Positions 19,216 through 30,395 of a stretch of 34,714 bases of DNA are shown one piece after another. Position 1 is the stretch's first letter, and each line of letters opens with the position of its first letter. Both the position numbers and the translations under genes were made by a program. The stretch is taken from the NCBI RefSeq assembly GCF_018977255.1, contig NW_024705556.1, forward strand, positions 1-34,714, written 5' to 3'. Under the pieces are notes generated by a model. That model saw only the letters and a list, made by a program, of their open reading frames with translations, was not told the DNA's origin and searched no databases. This stretch comes from Callorhinchus milii. Its lineage: Eukaryota.

Positions 19216-20486
19216 TTATCTCTCGTCTCCCACCCTCGTAGCTCGGGTGCCCTGGCCAGACAAGACCGTTGAGACGTTTTACCCCGAGGCAGCCTCCCAT
19301 CTCGAAAGGTGCTGCGTACGTGTAAAACAGTTGTCTCAATGCCTTGGTCATCTCACCTGCCTTGATTGTCCTGTCCGCCGCTGGTCTCATTTAAGTTGTC
19401 TGCTGTATGGATAGCTCCCCTACTGTTCCAATCAACCCCTTGTACCTTTGAGCCTTTAAGCAGCTGGAAAAGCTTCACACAAACGTGTGTCTTTAGAGAG
19501 AGAGCTTCCTGGCAGTTTACACATTGTTCTAGACAGTGGGATATGGCTGGGGGGCGATGATGGGTGGGTGGGGGTGGGGGGTTGGGAGGGGAAAAGAGAA
19601 TGACCGAAGGCACGGTCGAAGAGGAAGGACAGAGAGGTGTTGGGAGAGGGTTTAGGCTTTTTTTTTCAGGTCTGCTTCAAGACCATCTCTCTCTCTCTCT
19701 CTCTCTCAACTTATAATAATAATAATCCTCGCCTTTGATACAGCGCCTTATGACGTCTTCGGGACGTCTCAATGCGCTTCACAGGACACGCTGTAAAGTG
19801 TCGCGACTGTGTATTTTGTGGGAAAAACGCGGCATGGATATTATTATAATTATTATTAATAACAAGCGGGTTGTGTAGAGTAAGAAACGCCCAGGAACAC
19901 TCTTCCTCTATCTCCTTCCCCATTTTCCCATCTCCTTCCCCATCTTCGGACCTCCCCACACTCCCACCCCCGGGCTCGGTGTCGTTCTCCACCACTGTTG
20001 AGCGCTGTGGGACGCTACCCTGCTTGGGGGAGGGGGGGGCTGTGTAAATGCAAGTTGTTGTTGTTGGATAGCTTTAGACTTTAATACCCTCAAGACGGTG
20101 GCGCTCAAAATATTCTCGAAGAAAAGACCTTCGCGATCGAAGCTTCTGAGGAGGCTCAGGTGGTGGGGGTTGGTTTGCCCAGAGGCTGAACGACTTTTAT
20201 ATCCCAGGACAGCGCTTGAGCCAAGTTAACTGTCTCTCTGCCCTCCTCTCCTCCCCTCTCCCATTCTAATCTAATTACATTAGGCGGAGGATTTTGGAAG
20301 GCCCTTTGATTTGCTCTAAATGGGCTTTTTTCCCCTCGTTCCGACCGGCTTTGAAAGGCTAAGGTTTGCCGTGTCGAAGATCAGTGGGACAAGGAGGTGA
20401 ATAGAGACAAGACCACGGGGAGTCAGAGTAGAGGCGGACGGGATGCTGTGAAGTGTGATTCGATAGGATTAGGGATGCGGGGGGGC

Positions 20487-20996
20487 TTACAGGGAAAAAA
20501 CATTTCGGAGATTTGTGGAATGCTTACAGTCACAGAAGGAGTCCAGTGGCCCCCATTGTGTCTGTGCTGGGGCTCGCTCCCCCCCTGAAGCTCTCTACTC
20601 CAATCCCATTCCCTGCTCTCGCTCTCTCCCCATCGTGTCTGTGCTGGGGCTCGCTCCCCCCCCACTGAAGCTCTCTATTCTAACCCCATTCCCTGCTCTT
20701 TCTCTCTCCCCATCGTATCTGTGCAGGGGCTCACTCCCCCCTACACAAGAGGCTCTTTACTCTCATCCCATTCCCTGCAAGCCAGAGTACCTGGGTTCGG
20801 ATTGCCGGGCGGAAGGAGACTTACAGGGAAAAAAAATTTCGGAGATTCGTGGAATGCTTACAGTCACAGAAGGAGTCCAGTGGCCCCCATCGTGTCTGTG
20901 CTGGGGCTCGCTCCCCCCCTGAAGCTCTCTACTCCAATCCCATTCCCTGCTCTCGCGCTCTCCCCATCGTGTCTGTGCTGGGGCTCGCTCCCCCCC
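20487..20996. repeat. Nested tandem duplication (about 175-bp block repeated at 334-bp offset; about 78-bp subunits) derived from a CR1-like 3' UTR
   Basis: ttacagggaaaaaa...gtgctggggctcgctcccccc occurs at about 20487 and about 20821. Confidence 0.85.
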
Positions 20997-21119
20997 TTAG
21001 TCAAGTTTCCTTCTCCGCACGCCTCTGCTTTACCTAGCAATCAATCAAAACCCGGGTGTTAGTCGACTGGCGATCGCTTTCCTACGGGGGGTAATAATCC
21101 CTCAAAAAGAATAATGAAA

Positions 21120-21850
21120 ATAATAATAACAGTCCTTGTGTTTGATGTCAACGCCTTAATCACGTCTTCGAGACGTCTCAAAGCGCTCACAGGATACACT
21201 GCGAATTGAATTGACTGTGTTTTGTGGGCGAAACTCGGCAGCCGATTTAATATAATCTAACAATGTAATAATAATAATAATAATATTGTGGTCGACTTCG
21301 ATCCACCGCTGTTTGTGGCGCAGACACTGCTACGTGAAGCGCTTCGAGACGTCTCCAAAGCGCTTCTTCACGGAATACACCCAAGTGACCTTGTGTTACT
21401 TCGTGGGCGAAAACCCCGTCAGCCAATTGCGCCCGACGACGTCCCCCCCCGCGCTCCCCCCCCCCCCCCCCCCCCACCCCCACCACCCCCTCCCGCCCGC
21501 CTACCACAAACAGTCGCGGATGGAAGTGACCGATTTGCGATTGTTGTTTCTCTTTCTCTCGAGGGATTATCATCGGGCGCCTGGAGTGCGGAAACTTTCG
21601 CCGGCCACCCTGCACCCCCCCCCCCCCCCCTCCCAACCCCCCCACCCACCCACCCACCCAGCCAGGTCCTCTTGCTTTGTCGGGGGTGGGGGAGGGGAGG
21701 GGGAGTTCTCTCTTAACCTCTGAGTTGCAAAGGGATAATAATAATAACAACAATAATCTTTGCGTCCGACGCAGCGCCTCTCATCGCGTCGGCTCGACGT
21801 CTCAAAGCGCTTCGCGGGACAGACCTCGAGAGGGTGTAGTGACTGTGTGA
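21120..21850. mobile_element. Cluster of SINE 3' fragments in both orientations
   Basis: Repeated gagacgtctcaaagcgct and ggctgccg tail motifs. Confidence 0.7.
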
Positions 21851-22059
21851 TTGGGCGGGCGGCGGGGGAGGGGGGGGGGAGGCTAAAGGGGGGATGTGTG
21901 GGGGCTGTGGGGGGGCTGTGGGGGGGGGGGTTGGTGATTTAATTCCGACACCACCCCCCCCCCCCCCCCCCGACCCCCCCAGGACGAGACTGATTGAGTG
22001 AGTCACACACATTGGGGGTTTAAAAGGCAAAGGGGGAGGAGTGAAGAGAGGGGGGGGAG

Positions 22060-22566
22060 GAGTGGGTGGAGCCTGAGCAGATTGACAGCGGGCCGCGTCC
22101 AATCGGCGCGCGCGGGGCGTCGAGCTGCGCGGTGACGCGAATGGGTGGGCGGGCGCAGGGGGGCGAACGGGGCCAATCGGGTGCGAGCTGAGGGGGCGGG
22201 GCGGAGCGTGCGTGCGGCGGCCAATGGGAGCGGGCGGAGAACGGGGCCAATCGGGTGCGAGCTGGGGGGGCGGGGCGGAGCGTGCGTGCGGCGGCCAATG
22301 GGAGCGGGCGGAGAACGGGGCCAATCGGGTGCGAGCTGGGGGGGCGGGGCGGGCGTGCGTGCGTGCGGCGGCCAATGGAGGCGGGGCCAGGGGGGGAACG
22401 GGGCCAATCGGGTGCGAGCTGGGGGGCGGGGCGGGCGGGTGGTGACCAATGGGGGTGGGCGGGCGCTCCGGGCGGCCCCGCCCCCTCCACACCTTATATA
22501 TAAGGCCCGGTCGGGGTCGGCGTGCGCTCAGGGGGTGGCGGTGGGGGGGCGGAGGAGGAGAGGGCT
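22060..22566 (+). promoter_or_regulatory. ZSWIM4 promoter: four approximately 74-bp CCAAT/GC-box units and a TATA box
   Basis: CCAAT at 22099, 22173, 22221, 22247, 22295, 22321, 22372, 22404 and 22446; many GGGCGG; TATATATAA within 22492-22505. Confidence 0.85.
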
Positions 22567-22755
22567 ATGGAGGTGGGAGCGTCGCCTCAGCTGCTGCCGC
22601 TGCCGCCGCCGCCGCCCGTCAAGCGCCTGTGCCTCCCGCCCGGGAAGGCCGGACACGCCAAGCCCGGGCCCGGGCCCGGCGGCAGGTTCCACCGCCCCGA
22701 CAGCCTCCTGGACATCAGCGCCAAGAGGGTGGCCGAGAAATGGCCCTTTGAGCAG
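22567..22755 (+). CDS. ZSWIM4: Zinc finger SWIM-type 4, exon 1 (MEVGASPQ...PPPVKR...RPDSLLDISAKRVAEKWPFEQ)
   Basis: SLLDxSAKRVAExWxFEQ motif of ZSWIM4/5/6; CAG|GTGAG phase-0 donor; synteny with MRI1 and C19orf53. Confidence 0.88.
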
Positions 22756-23930
22756 GTGAGAGGGGGTGAGGGGGAGAGAGAGAGGGAGAAAGGGATAGAG
22801 AGAGAGGGGGAGAGAGAGAGGGAGAGATAGAGAGAGAGGGGGAGGGAGAGAGGGGGAGAGGGGGAGAGAGAGAGAGAGGGGGAGGGAGAGAGAGAGAGGG
22901 AGAGAGAGAGGGAGAAAGGGATAGAGAGAGAGGGGGAGAGATAGAGAGAGAGGGGGGGAGAAAGGGATATAGAGAGAGGGAGAAAGGGATAGAGAGAGAG
23001 ATAGAGAGAGGGAGAAAGGGATAGAGAGAGAGGGAGAAAGGGATAGAGAGAGAGGGGGGAGAGAGAGAGAGGGGGAGAAAGGGATAGAGAGAGAGGGGGA
23101 GAGAGAGAGGGGGGGGAGAAAGGGATAGAGAGAGAGGGGGAGAGGGATAGAGAGAGAGAGGGATAGAGAGGGAGAGAGAGAGAGAGGGAGAAAGGGATAG
23201 GGAGAGAGAGATATAGAGGGGATAGAGAGAGAGGGAGAAAGGGAGAGGGAGAGAGAGAGAGAGAGAGAAAGGGATATAGAGAGAGAGGGAAGGGGCTGAA
23301 GGAGAGGGATAGAGAGAGAGGGAGAAAGGATGGAATAGAGGGAGGGAGGGCTGAAGGAGAGAGAGGGATAGAGAAAGAGGGAGATAGAGAGAGAGAAAGG
23401 GCTATAGGAGAGAGAGAGAGGGATAGAGAAAGGAGGAGGAAGGGAGAAAGGGCTGATAGAGAGATAGAGAGAGGGGAGGGAGGGAGTGAAGGGAGAAAGG
23501 GCTGGAGGAGAGAGTGTGGGAGGGGGAGAGAGAGAGAGTGGGAGGGGGAGAGGAGAGAGTGTGGGGAGGGGGAGAGAGTGTGGGAGGGGGAGAGAGAGAG
23601 AGTGGGAGAGAGAGAGTGTGGGAGGGGGAGAGAGAGAGTGTGGGAGGGGGAGAGAGAGTGTGGGAGTGAGGGAGAGAGAGAGTGTGGGAGGGGGAGAGAG
23701 AGAGAGTGTGGGAGGGGAGAGAAAGGGCTGGAGGAGAGGGGGAGAGAGAGAGAGTGGGAGGGGGAGAGAAAGGCTGGAGGAGAGGGGGAGAGAGAGAGAG
23801 TGTGTGAGGGGGAGAGAAAGGGCTGGAGGAGAGGGGAGAGAGAGAGTGTGGGAGGGGGAGGGAGGGAGAGAGAGAGAGTGTGGGAGGGGGAGAGAAAGGG
23901 CTGGAGGAGAGGGGGAGAGAGAGAGAGAGA
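22756..23930. repeat. About 1.2-kb purine-rich (GA) low-complexity tract
   Basis: Read directly from the sequence. Confidence 0.95.
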
Positions 23931-23994
23931 TAAATGACACTGAAACAGCTGAGAGCCCTGTGTGTGTGTGTCCAGCAAAACAATAGGCAATAAA

Positions 23995-24990
23995 GTCTGT
24001 CTGTGTCTCTGTGTCTGTCTGTCTCGCTCTGTGTCTGTCTGTCTCGCTCTGTGTCTGTCTGTCTCGCTCTGTGCCTGTCTGTCTCGCTCTGTGCCTGTCT
24101 GTCTCGCTCTGTGCCTGTCTGTCTCGCTCTGTGTCTGTCTGTCTCGCTCTGTGTCTGTCTGTCTCGCTCTGTGTCTGTCTGTCTCGCTCTGTGTCTGTCT
24201 GTCTCGCTCTCTGTCTGTCTCGCTCTCTGTCTGTCTCGCTCTGTGTCTGTCTGTCTCGCTCTGTGTCTGTCTGTCTCGCTCTGTGTCTGTCTGTCTCGCT
24301 CTGTGTCTGTCTGTCTCGCTCTGTGTCTGTCTGTCTCGCTCTGTGTCTGTCTGTCTCGCTCTGTGTCTGTCTGTCTCGCTCTGTGTCTGTCTGTCTCGCT
24401 CTGTGTCTGTCTGTCTCGCTCTGTGTCTGTCTGTCTCGCTCTGTGTCTGTCTGTCTCGCTCTGTGTCTGTCTGTCTCGCTCTGTGTCTGTCTGTCTCGCT
24501 CTGTGTCTGTCTGTCTCGCTCTGTGTCTGTCTGTCTCGCTCTGTGTCTGTCTGTCTCGCTCTGTGTCTGTCTGTCTCGCTCTGTGTCTGTCTGTCTCGCT
24601 CTGTGTCTGTCTGTCTCGCTCTGTGTCTGTCTGTCTCGCTCTGTGTCTGTCTGTCTCGCTCTGTGTCTGTCTCTCGCTCTGTGTCTGTCTCTCGCTCTGT
24701 GTCTGTCTCTCGCTCTGTGTCTGTCTGTCTCGCTCTGTGTCTGTCTGTCTCGCTCTGTGTCTGTCTGTCTCGCTCTGTGTCTGTCTCTCTCGCTCTGTGT
24801 CTGTCTCTCTCGCTCTGTGTCTGTCTCTCTCGCTCTGTGTCTGTCTCTCTCGCTCCGTGTCTGTCTCTCTCGCTCTGTGTCTGTCTGTCTCTCTCGCTCT
24901 GTGCCTGTCTGTCTCGCTCTGTGCCTGTCTCTCACTCTGTCTGTCGTCTGCCTGTCTCTCTCGCTCTGTCTGTCGTCTGCCTGTTGCCTG
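23995..24990. repeat. Highly homogeneous 20-bp minisatellite (CTGTGTCTGTCTGTCTCGCT)n, more than 40 units
   Basis: Read directly from the sequence. Confidence 0.97.
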
Positions 24991-25834
24991 GGTGTCCGTT
25001 GTCGCCGTCTGTCTGACTCTCCGTCACTCACCCGTAACCTCAAAAACCTTTCGTAGGAAAAAAAACGATAATGTCAGAGAGAGAGAGAGAGAAAAAACAC
25101 ACCCACATTGTTATTTACCTTTAAACTTTATTTTTCCCTTTCCCTCCGCCCTTGAAATTAAAAAAATATATACATATATATATATATGGTTTTTTTTTTA
25201 CCCGAGAAAATCAAAGCGGAAGTATTTTTTTTGAGGGGGGGTTTTGAGAGCGACATAAATGTGTCTTTTTTTTTTAAAAACAAGAAAAAAGTTAATTCCA
25301 TTTTTATTCTCTCTCTCTCTCTCTCTCTCTCCGTCGCCGGTATTCTCCGGAGATTATGTCTCGCCCACGTAGTGCGGTCACTACACTCTGCAGTGTCGCG
25401 TACACCATGTCAGGCCTTGCGAGACGTCTCGATGGCGCGATACGTTGCTGCGTGTCGAATGCGTAAAATAGATATATAACGTGTGTTTATGCGTTCAATA
25501 ATAATAATAATAATAAACCTCGCGACTTAGCGGACGCCTCATCGCGTCTTCGAGACGCCTCCGAGCGCTTCGCTGACTGCGCTTTGCGCGTTGTGTTTTT
25601 TTGGGGCGAATGCCGGTTCCACTCGATCTGCAAAAGAGGAAACGGCCTTTAATTTCTTTTCTTTTCTTTTTTTCCCTGAGACAGGAGTGCGCGGCGGGGG
25701 GGGGGGCGGTCTGGAAACGTTAACGTTTGCGATCCGAAGCTGCGTGGAAAGTGACGCGCAATTGGACGCGGTCGGAAAGCGTGTGATTAAAGAGTCGAGA
25801 GAGAGAGAGAACGAGAGAGAGAGAGAGAGGACAC

Positions 25835-26090
25835 AGCGCGTTAGAGGGTTCACCTCACGAGCCGGTTCGATCCCCAGGCGAGACGAACGGTTGGGCGGGT
25901 CTCCTCGCGCCGCGCGCCCGCCTCCGTTTGCCTCGCCATAGGGGGGGGGGACCCGGTTATCGGTCCGACTGCCGGTCGACAACCCCGTCGTTGACCCAGT
26001 GGTTTGGCCGCGGTCGGTCCGGCTTCGCCGTGCGATCCCGCGAAGCGCTCTGCGACGTCTCGGAGGACGTGACGAGGCTCTGGATCGAAC
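25835..26090 (+). mobile_element. Diverged SINE (fragments also at about 25330-25610)
   Basis: ccggttcgatcccc B-box, body and tail. Confidence 0.65.
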
Positions 26091-26545
26091 GCTCGTATAA
26101 TCTTAGCGTTAATATTAATATTAATCGAAGCCCCTGGGATGATGCACGTGGGTTAGACGAGAGGTTAGTGTGTGAGAATGAATGTCCTGATTTAATGGGA
26201 GTATTGGGGGGGGGGGGGGGGTTTTTTTAATAAAAAAAAAGTCTCGAAGTACCAAAGAGAGAGCGACGGAGGGGGTGAAGGAGAAAAAAAAACACAGCCT
26301 TTTAAAACGAGAGGAGTCTCAATAAGGAGAAGGAAATGTAGAGGAGGAAGGAAGGAAGGTGGTGGGGGGCGGAGGGTGGGGGGGGGGCGCAGTGTTGGGG
26401 GTTTGGTGTGGAAAAAAAATCAACCGTAAATAATTATACTCTCGTGTCTTAAAGAGGTGACGGGAAGGTGTTGAGGACCTGATATTCTGGGTCTACTTCT
26501 GGCGCATAATTCACAATTCTATCTTTTCCGCGTTTTAAATCTAAC

Positions 26546-26639
26546 CGTCTCTCTCTGTGTCTGTCTCTCTCTGTGTCTGTCTCTCTCTCTGTGTCTCTCT
26601 CTGTGTCTGTGTCTCTCTCTCTGTCTGTCTCTCTCTGTG

Positions 26640-26674
<35 letters not shown>

Positions 26675-26695
26675 GTCTGTCTGTCTGTCTCTGTC

Positions 26696-26732
<37 letters not shown>

Positions 26733-27130
26733 GTCTCTCTCTGTGTCTGTCTCTCTCTCTGTCTCTCTCTGTCTGTCTCTCTCTGTCTGTCTCTCTCTGT
26801 CTGTTGTCTGTCTGTCTCTCTCTGTGTCTGTCTTTCTGTGTGTCTCTCTCTCTTTCTGTGTATCTCTGTGTGTGTGTGTGTCTCTGTCTCTTTCTGCGTC
26901 TGTCTGTCTCTCTGTGTGTGTGTGTCTGTCTGTGTCTGCCAGTCTCTCCCTCTCTCTCTCTGTGTCTGCCACTCTCTCTCTCTCTCTCTGTATCTCTGTC
27001 TCTCCCTCTATGTCTGTCTCTTTGTCCCTCTCTCTCTGTGTGTGTGTGTCCCTCTGTGTCTTTTTTTTCTCTCTCTCGCTCTCTGTGTCTCTATGACTCT
27101 CTGTGTGTGTTTCTCTCTCTCTCTCTCTAT
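26546..27130. repeat. (CT)n/(CTGT)n simple repeat
   Basis: Read directly from the sequence. Confidence 0.95.
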
Positions 27131-27380
27131 CGTTAAAGAATTCAAACTCCCCAATTTGCCCATTTTAGCATCGACTGAGTTTCTGAGCAATGGGACCTAT
27201 TGTATGTCTGGTTCTCAGTTGTTTGGTGGGTGGGGGGTGTGTGGTGTGTGTGTGTGTAACAGTGTAGTTTTGTGCGTCGACAGTAACGCAGTTGTGTGTG
27301 TGTGTGGGACTCGATCTTTAGTTCCACCGAACCGAAACTTTCATAGAATTCATTTTGCATTTGAGTCACTTCCCCAGTGA

Positions 27381-27413
<33 letters not shown>

Positions 27414-27544
27414 TCGGCTTTAAAGCCCTCTAAGACGTTAGCTCCTTTAGGGAGGCGAGATGTTATGGGCTGACGTTGACAGTAAACCTTAAACCAGTTG
27501 TATGGGTTCAGCGCCGACCGACTTACCTGAGTCAGCCTGGTTCA

Positions 27545-27830
27545 TCCGGTTGCGTGGTGGTTCGAGCCCTCGCCTCGCAAGCGGGAGGACCTGGGCTTGA
27601 TTCCCACCGGGACGAGTTTCCTTCCGCCACGCGCCCGCCTCTGTTTACCGGCAGCGAGTGGGGGACCCGGTTGTTAAGTCGGTCGGCGGATCGCTTTCCG
27701 GGGGTAATAGTCCCTTCCCACGAGTAAATAAAACGATGACGATTCGGGCACTCGACCCGCGACCCAGTGGGGACGCTGCTGTGCGCGGTTGGCTGCCCGC
27801 AAAAACGTGCAGTCACTACACTTTACTCGT
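27545..27830 (+). mobile_element. Long-family SINE (inverted head fragment at about 27903-28030)
   Basis: ctcgcctcgcaagcgggaggacctggg head, body and partial tail. Confidence 0.75.
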
Positions 27831-28049
27831 GATCCTCCCCATCTGATTCAGCGTCTTATTAGGTTGTGGAGCCGTCTCAAAAGCATTTTCGCGCGATATA
27901 CTGTTCCTACTTACTGCTGGTGAACAGGCGTGTGTGCGCGCACACGTGCGTGTGTGTGTAGTAAGGAAACTTGCCAAAGGTTTCGACCTGACCCGCCCCG
28001 GGAATCAAACCCGGACCCTCTCGCTCGCTCGCGGGGCGAGGGCTCGGTG

Positions 28050-28184
28050 GTGGAGTTTACTGTAGAGTGCAGTGACTGTGTGTTTTGTAGGCGAGCGAAG
28101 CAGCCGACGTGCGCGCAGCGAGGCCCCCGCAGAGGGTCACAGAGATGAGCAACTGAGTTTTCTTCGAGGGCCTCGTCGGTCAGG

Positions 28185-28215
<31 letters not shown>

Positions 28216-28395
28216 TCTTTAACGTCCACTTGAACAGGACACAGACGGGGAGTGAGGTTTAACGTCTCTGCTGAAGGAAGGCGTCTCCGACAATGTAGCG
28301 CTCAGTCAGTCAAGTCAGTGAGTGAGTGAGTGGGTGAGTTCATAGCATTGAAACGGGGGTTCGAACCCACAACCTTCTGACTCGGTGGCCAGAGG
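28050..28395 (-). mobile_element. DeuSINE-like element
   Basis: The minus strand reads gagtcagaaggttgtgggttcgaacccc...cattgtcggagacgcc...gacgttaaacc...gtggacgttaaagatc. Confidence 0.65.
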
Positions 28396-29344
28396 TTGAG
28401 CCAGGCTGACGTAAGGGAAACCCGACAGAGCCTCGTTCTAATCTCTCTCGACACCCACCCACCCACCCACCTTCCTTCCTTCCTTCCTCTGCGCCTCCTT
28501 CTCTGCACCCTCGGTCAAAGGACACCCTAGAATGGGGAAGGAACCGATAACGATAACCCCGGCGTTTGACCCGGCGCCTCGTGGCGTCTGCGAGACGTCC
28601 GGAAGCGCTTCGCAGGGTGTACGCTTCGAAGCGTAGTGACTGTGTGCCTGGCACGTTCTTGTCGTCGGCGGCGCATCCCCTGTGAGGCGCTTTTGAGACG
28701 TCGCGGTGGCCTGACGGTTCGCTGCATCGGACGCGAGGATCGTTGTTGCGGCAAGGCTGGCGTGTCTCAGGGTGGGTCTTGATCCGAGAGGTTTTTTTTT
28801 CGGGAAGGGGGTATCCGGAGAAGGGGGTGGCGGTGGGGTAGGGGTTAACCCCGCAGCCAAAGCCCTAACTAGCGGGGAGGGTAGTCCTAGCCGGGACGAG
28901 CAGCGGGAAAGCTTGGACAGACCGCCTGCAGTTGAGAGCGCTCTGTGGTCTCAGCTTTTTAGACTCCAGCAGTTACCGCACACTCTGGGCTCTCTCTCTC
29001 TCTCTCTCTCCCCCCGCCACCCCCCCCCCAAGCCTGGGCTCGCGCCTAACGCTCCCTGGAATTAGGCAAGCGGGGTGCGTCCCTCCAGGGAGGGCGGGAG
29101 AGGGAGAGAGAGAGAGCGTTCCAACCATCTATCTCTGGGATTTCCACGTGATGAGTGGTGTGCGGGAAATTCTCAGTTGGGTCCTGGAGACTCTCGAGCA
29201 AAGGCGACGACGGGTTTCCGTCCGCGTCGGAGCCAGAGACGCCGAAAGTCGACAGCGTGATGGTTTTTCTTCCGGGGCAAGTTGGGAGAGCGCGCGCGCG
29301 TAGGGCTTTCTGTGTGTGTGTGTGTGGGGGGGGGGGGGGGGAGA

Positions 29345-29690
29345 GGTGGTGCGTTGTGATCAGAGTTCTCGCCTCGCAAGCGAGAGGACCTAAGTTCGAT
29401 CCCCCCCCCACCCCCGGTCAGGGCAAAACCTTATCCAAGTTTCCTTCCTCCGCACACTCCTCTGTTTACCTAACATTAAGTAGGATTGTTAGCCGATTGG
29501 GGGGATCGCTTTCCAGGGGTAATAATCCCTTTATTATATATAATATATAACTTAAGTCACTGAACCGTTTGCGGGGACGTAGCTGGGCGCAATTGGCTGC
29601 CGCGTGTCGCCGCAAAAAAACACGCGGTCGGTTCCCCGCGAAGCGCTTCGAGACTCCTCGAAGAGACGCTGCGTCAAACGCGAGGGGCGA
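29345..29690 (+). mobile_element. Long-family SINE
   Basis: Head, body and tail. Confidence 0.8.
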
Positions 29691-30027
29691 TCGTCTCCCC
29701 GGCTCCGCAGAGCGTCACCGGGGAGGGCCACTGAAAACGAGCAAGGAAGTGACACTTCCTCAAACGTTCACGTGCTGCCTGGCCGGCCGGCCTCCCAACG
29801 CTGAGAGAGGACTCGTCTCGCAAGCGAGAGGAACTGGGTTCGATCCCCCAGGCGGATCAGAACAAAACCTTAAGTTTCCTTCCCCCTCACCACCACCACC
29901 TCCTCCTCCTCCTCCTCCTCCCACGCACACAGTCACAATCCCTTGATTAATAATAATCATTTGGTCACTCGATCCACGGCTGTTTGAGTGATCCTTTTGC
30001 GAGGGGGAGAGAGAGAGAGAGACAGAA

Positions 30028-30395
30028 AATAATAATAATAATAATAATAATCCTGGCATTTGACACAGCGCCTTATCACGTCGTCGAGACGTCCCAAAGC
30101 GCTCCCGCGGGACGCGCTGTAAAGTGAATTTCGTGGGCGGAACGCGGCAGCCGCAGTCGTGGGGTTGAGTGACCATATTATTATTATTATTTTTGAAGGG
30201 ATGATTACCCCCGGAAAGCCGATAGGCTGACAACCGGGTTCCCAATTACTGCTGAACAAGTTTCCTTAATCCACAACACACGTGTGGGGGGTGGGTGGGG
30301 GGGTGTGGGGGAGGAGTAGGAAACTTGCCCAACATTTCGCGCTGCTGAGGAACGAACCCAGATCCTCTCGCTTAACCACTAAGCTCTAGGACTCC
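30028..30395 (-). mobile_element. Long-family SINE
   Basis: (TAA)n tail at the left end and ggactcc head at the right end. Confidence 0.8.

Noticed and set aside
22492..22505. SRF CArG box
   Set aside because: There are ten A/T bases between CC and GG rather than six; it is better read as a TATA box.
22528..25234. Long ORFs of 337-818 aa
   Set aside because: They are translations of GA and CTGT simple repeats that lack stop codons; there is no protein signal beyond ZSWIM4 exon 1.
26541..27380. Ser/Leu/Val/Cys-rich and Arg/Glu-rich ORFs
   Set aside because: These are microsatellite translations.
27515..27535. Perfect minus-strand donor CAG|GTAAGT as a further ZSWIM4 exon
   Set aside because: The upstream minus-strand sequence is an antisense SINE with no ZSWIM4-like peptide.
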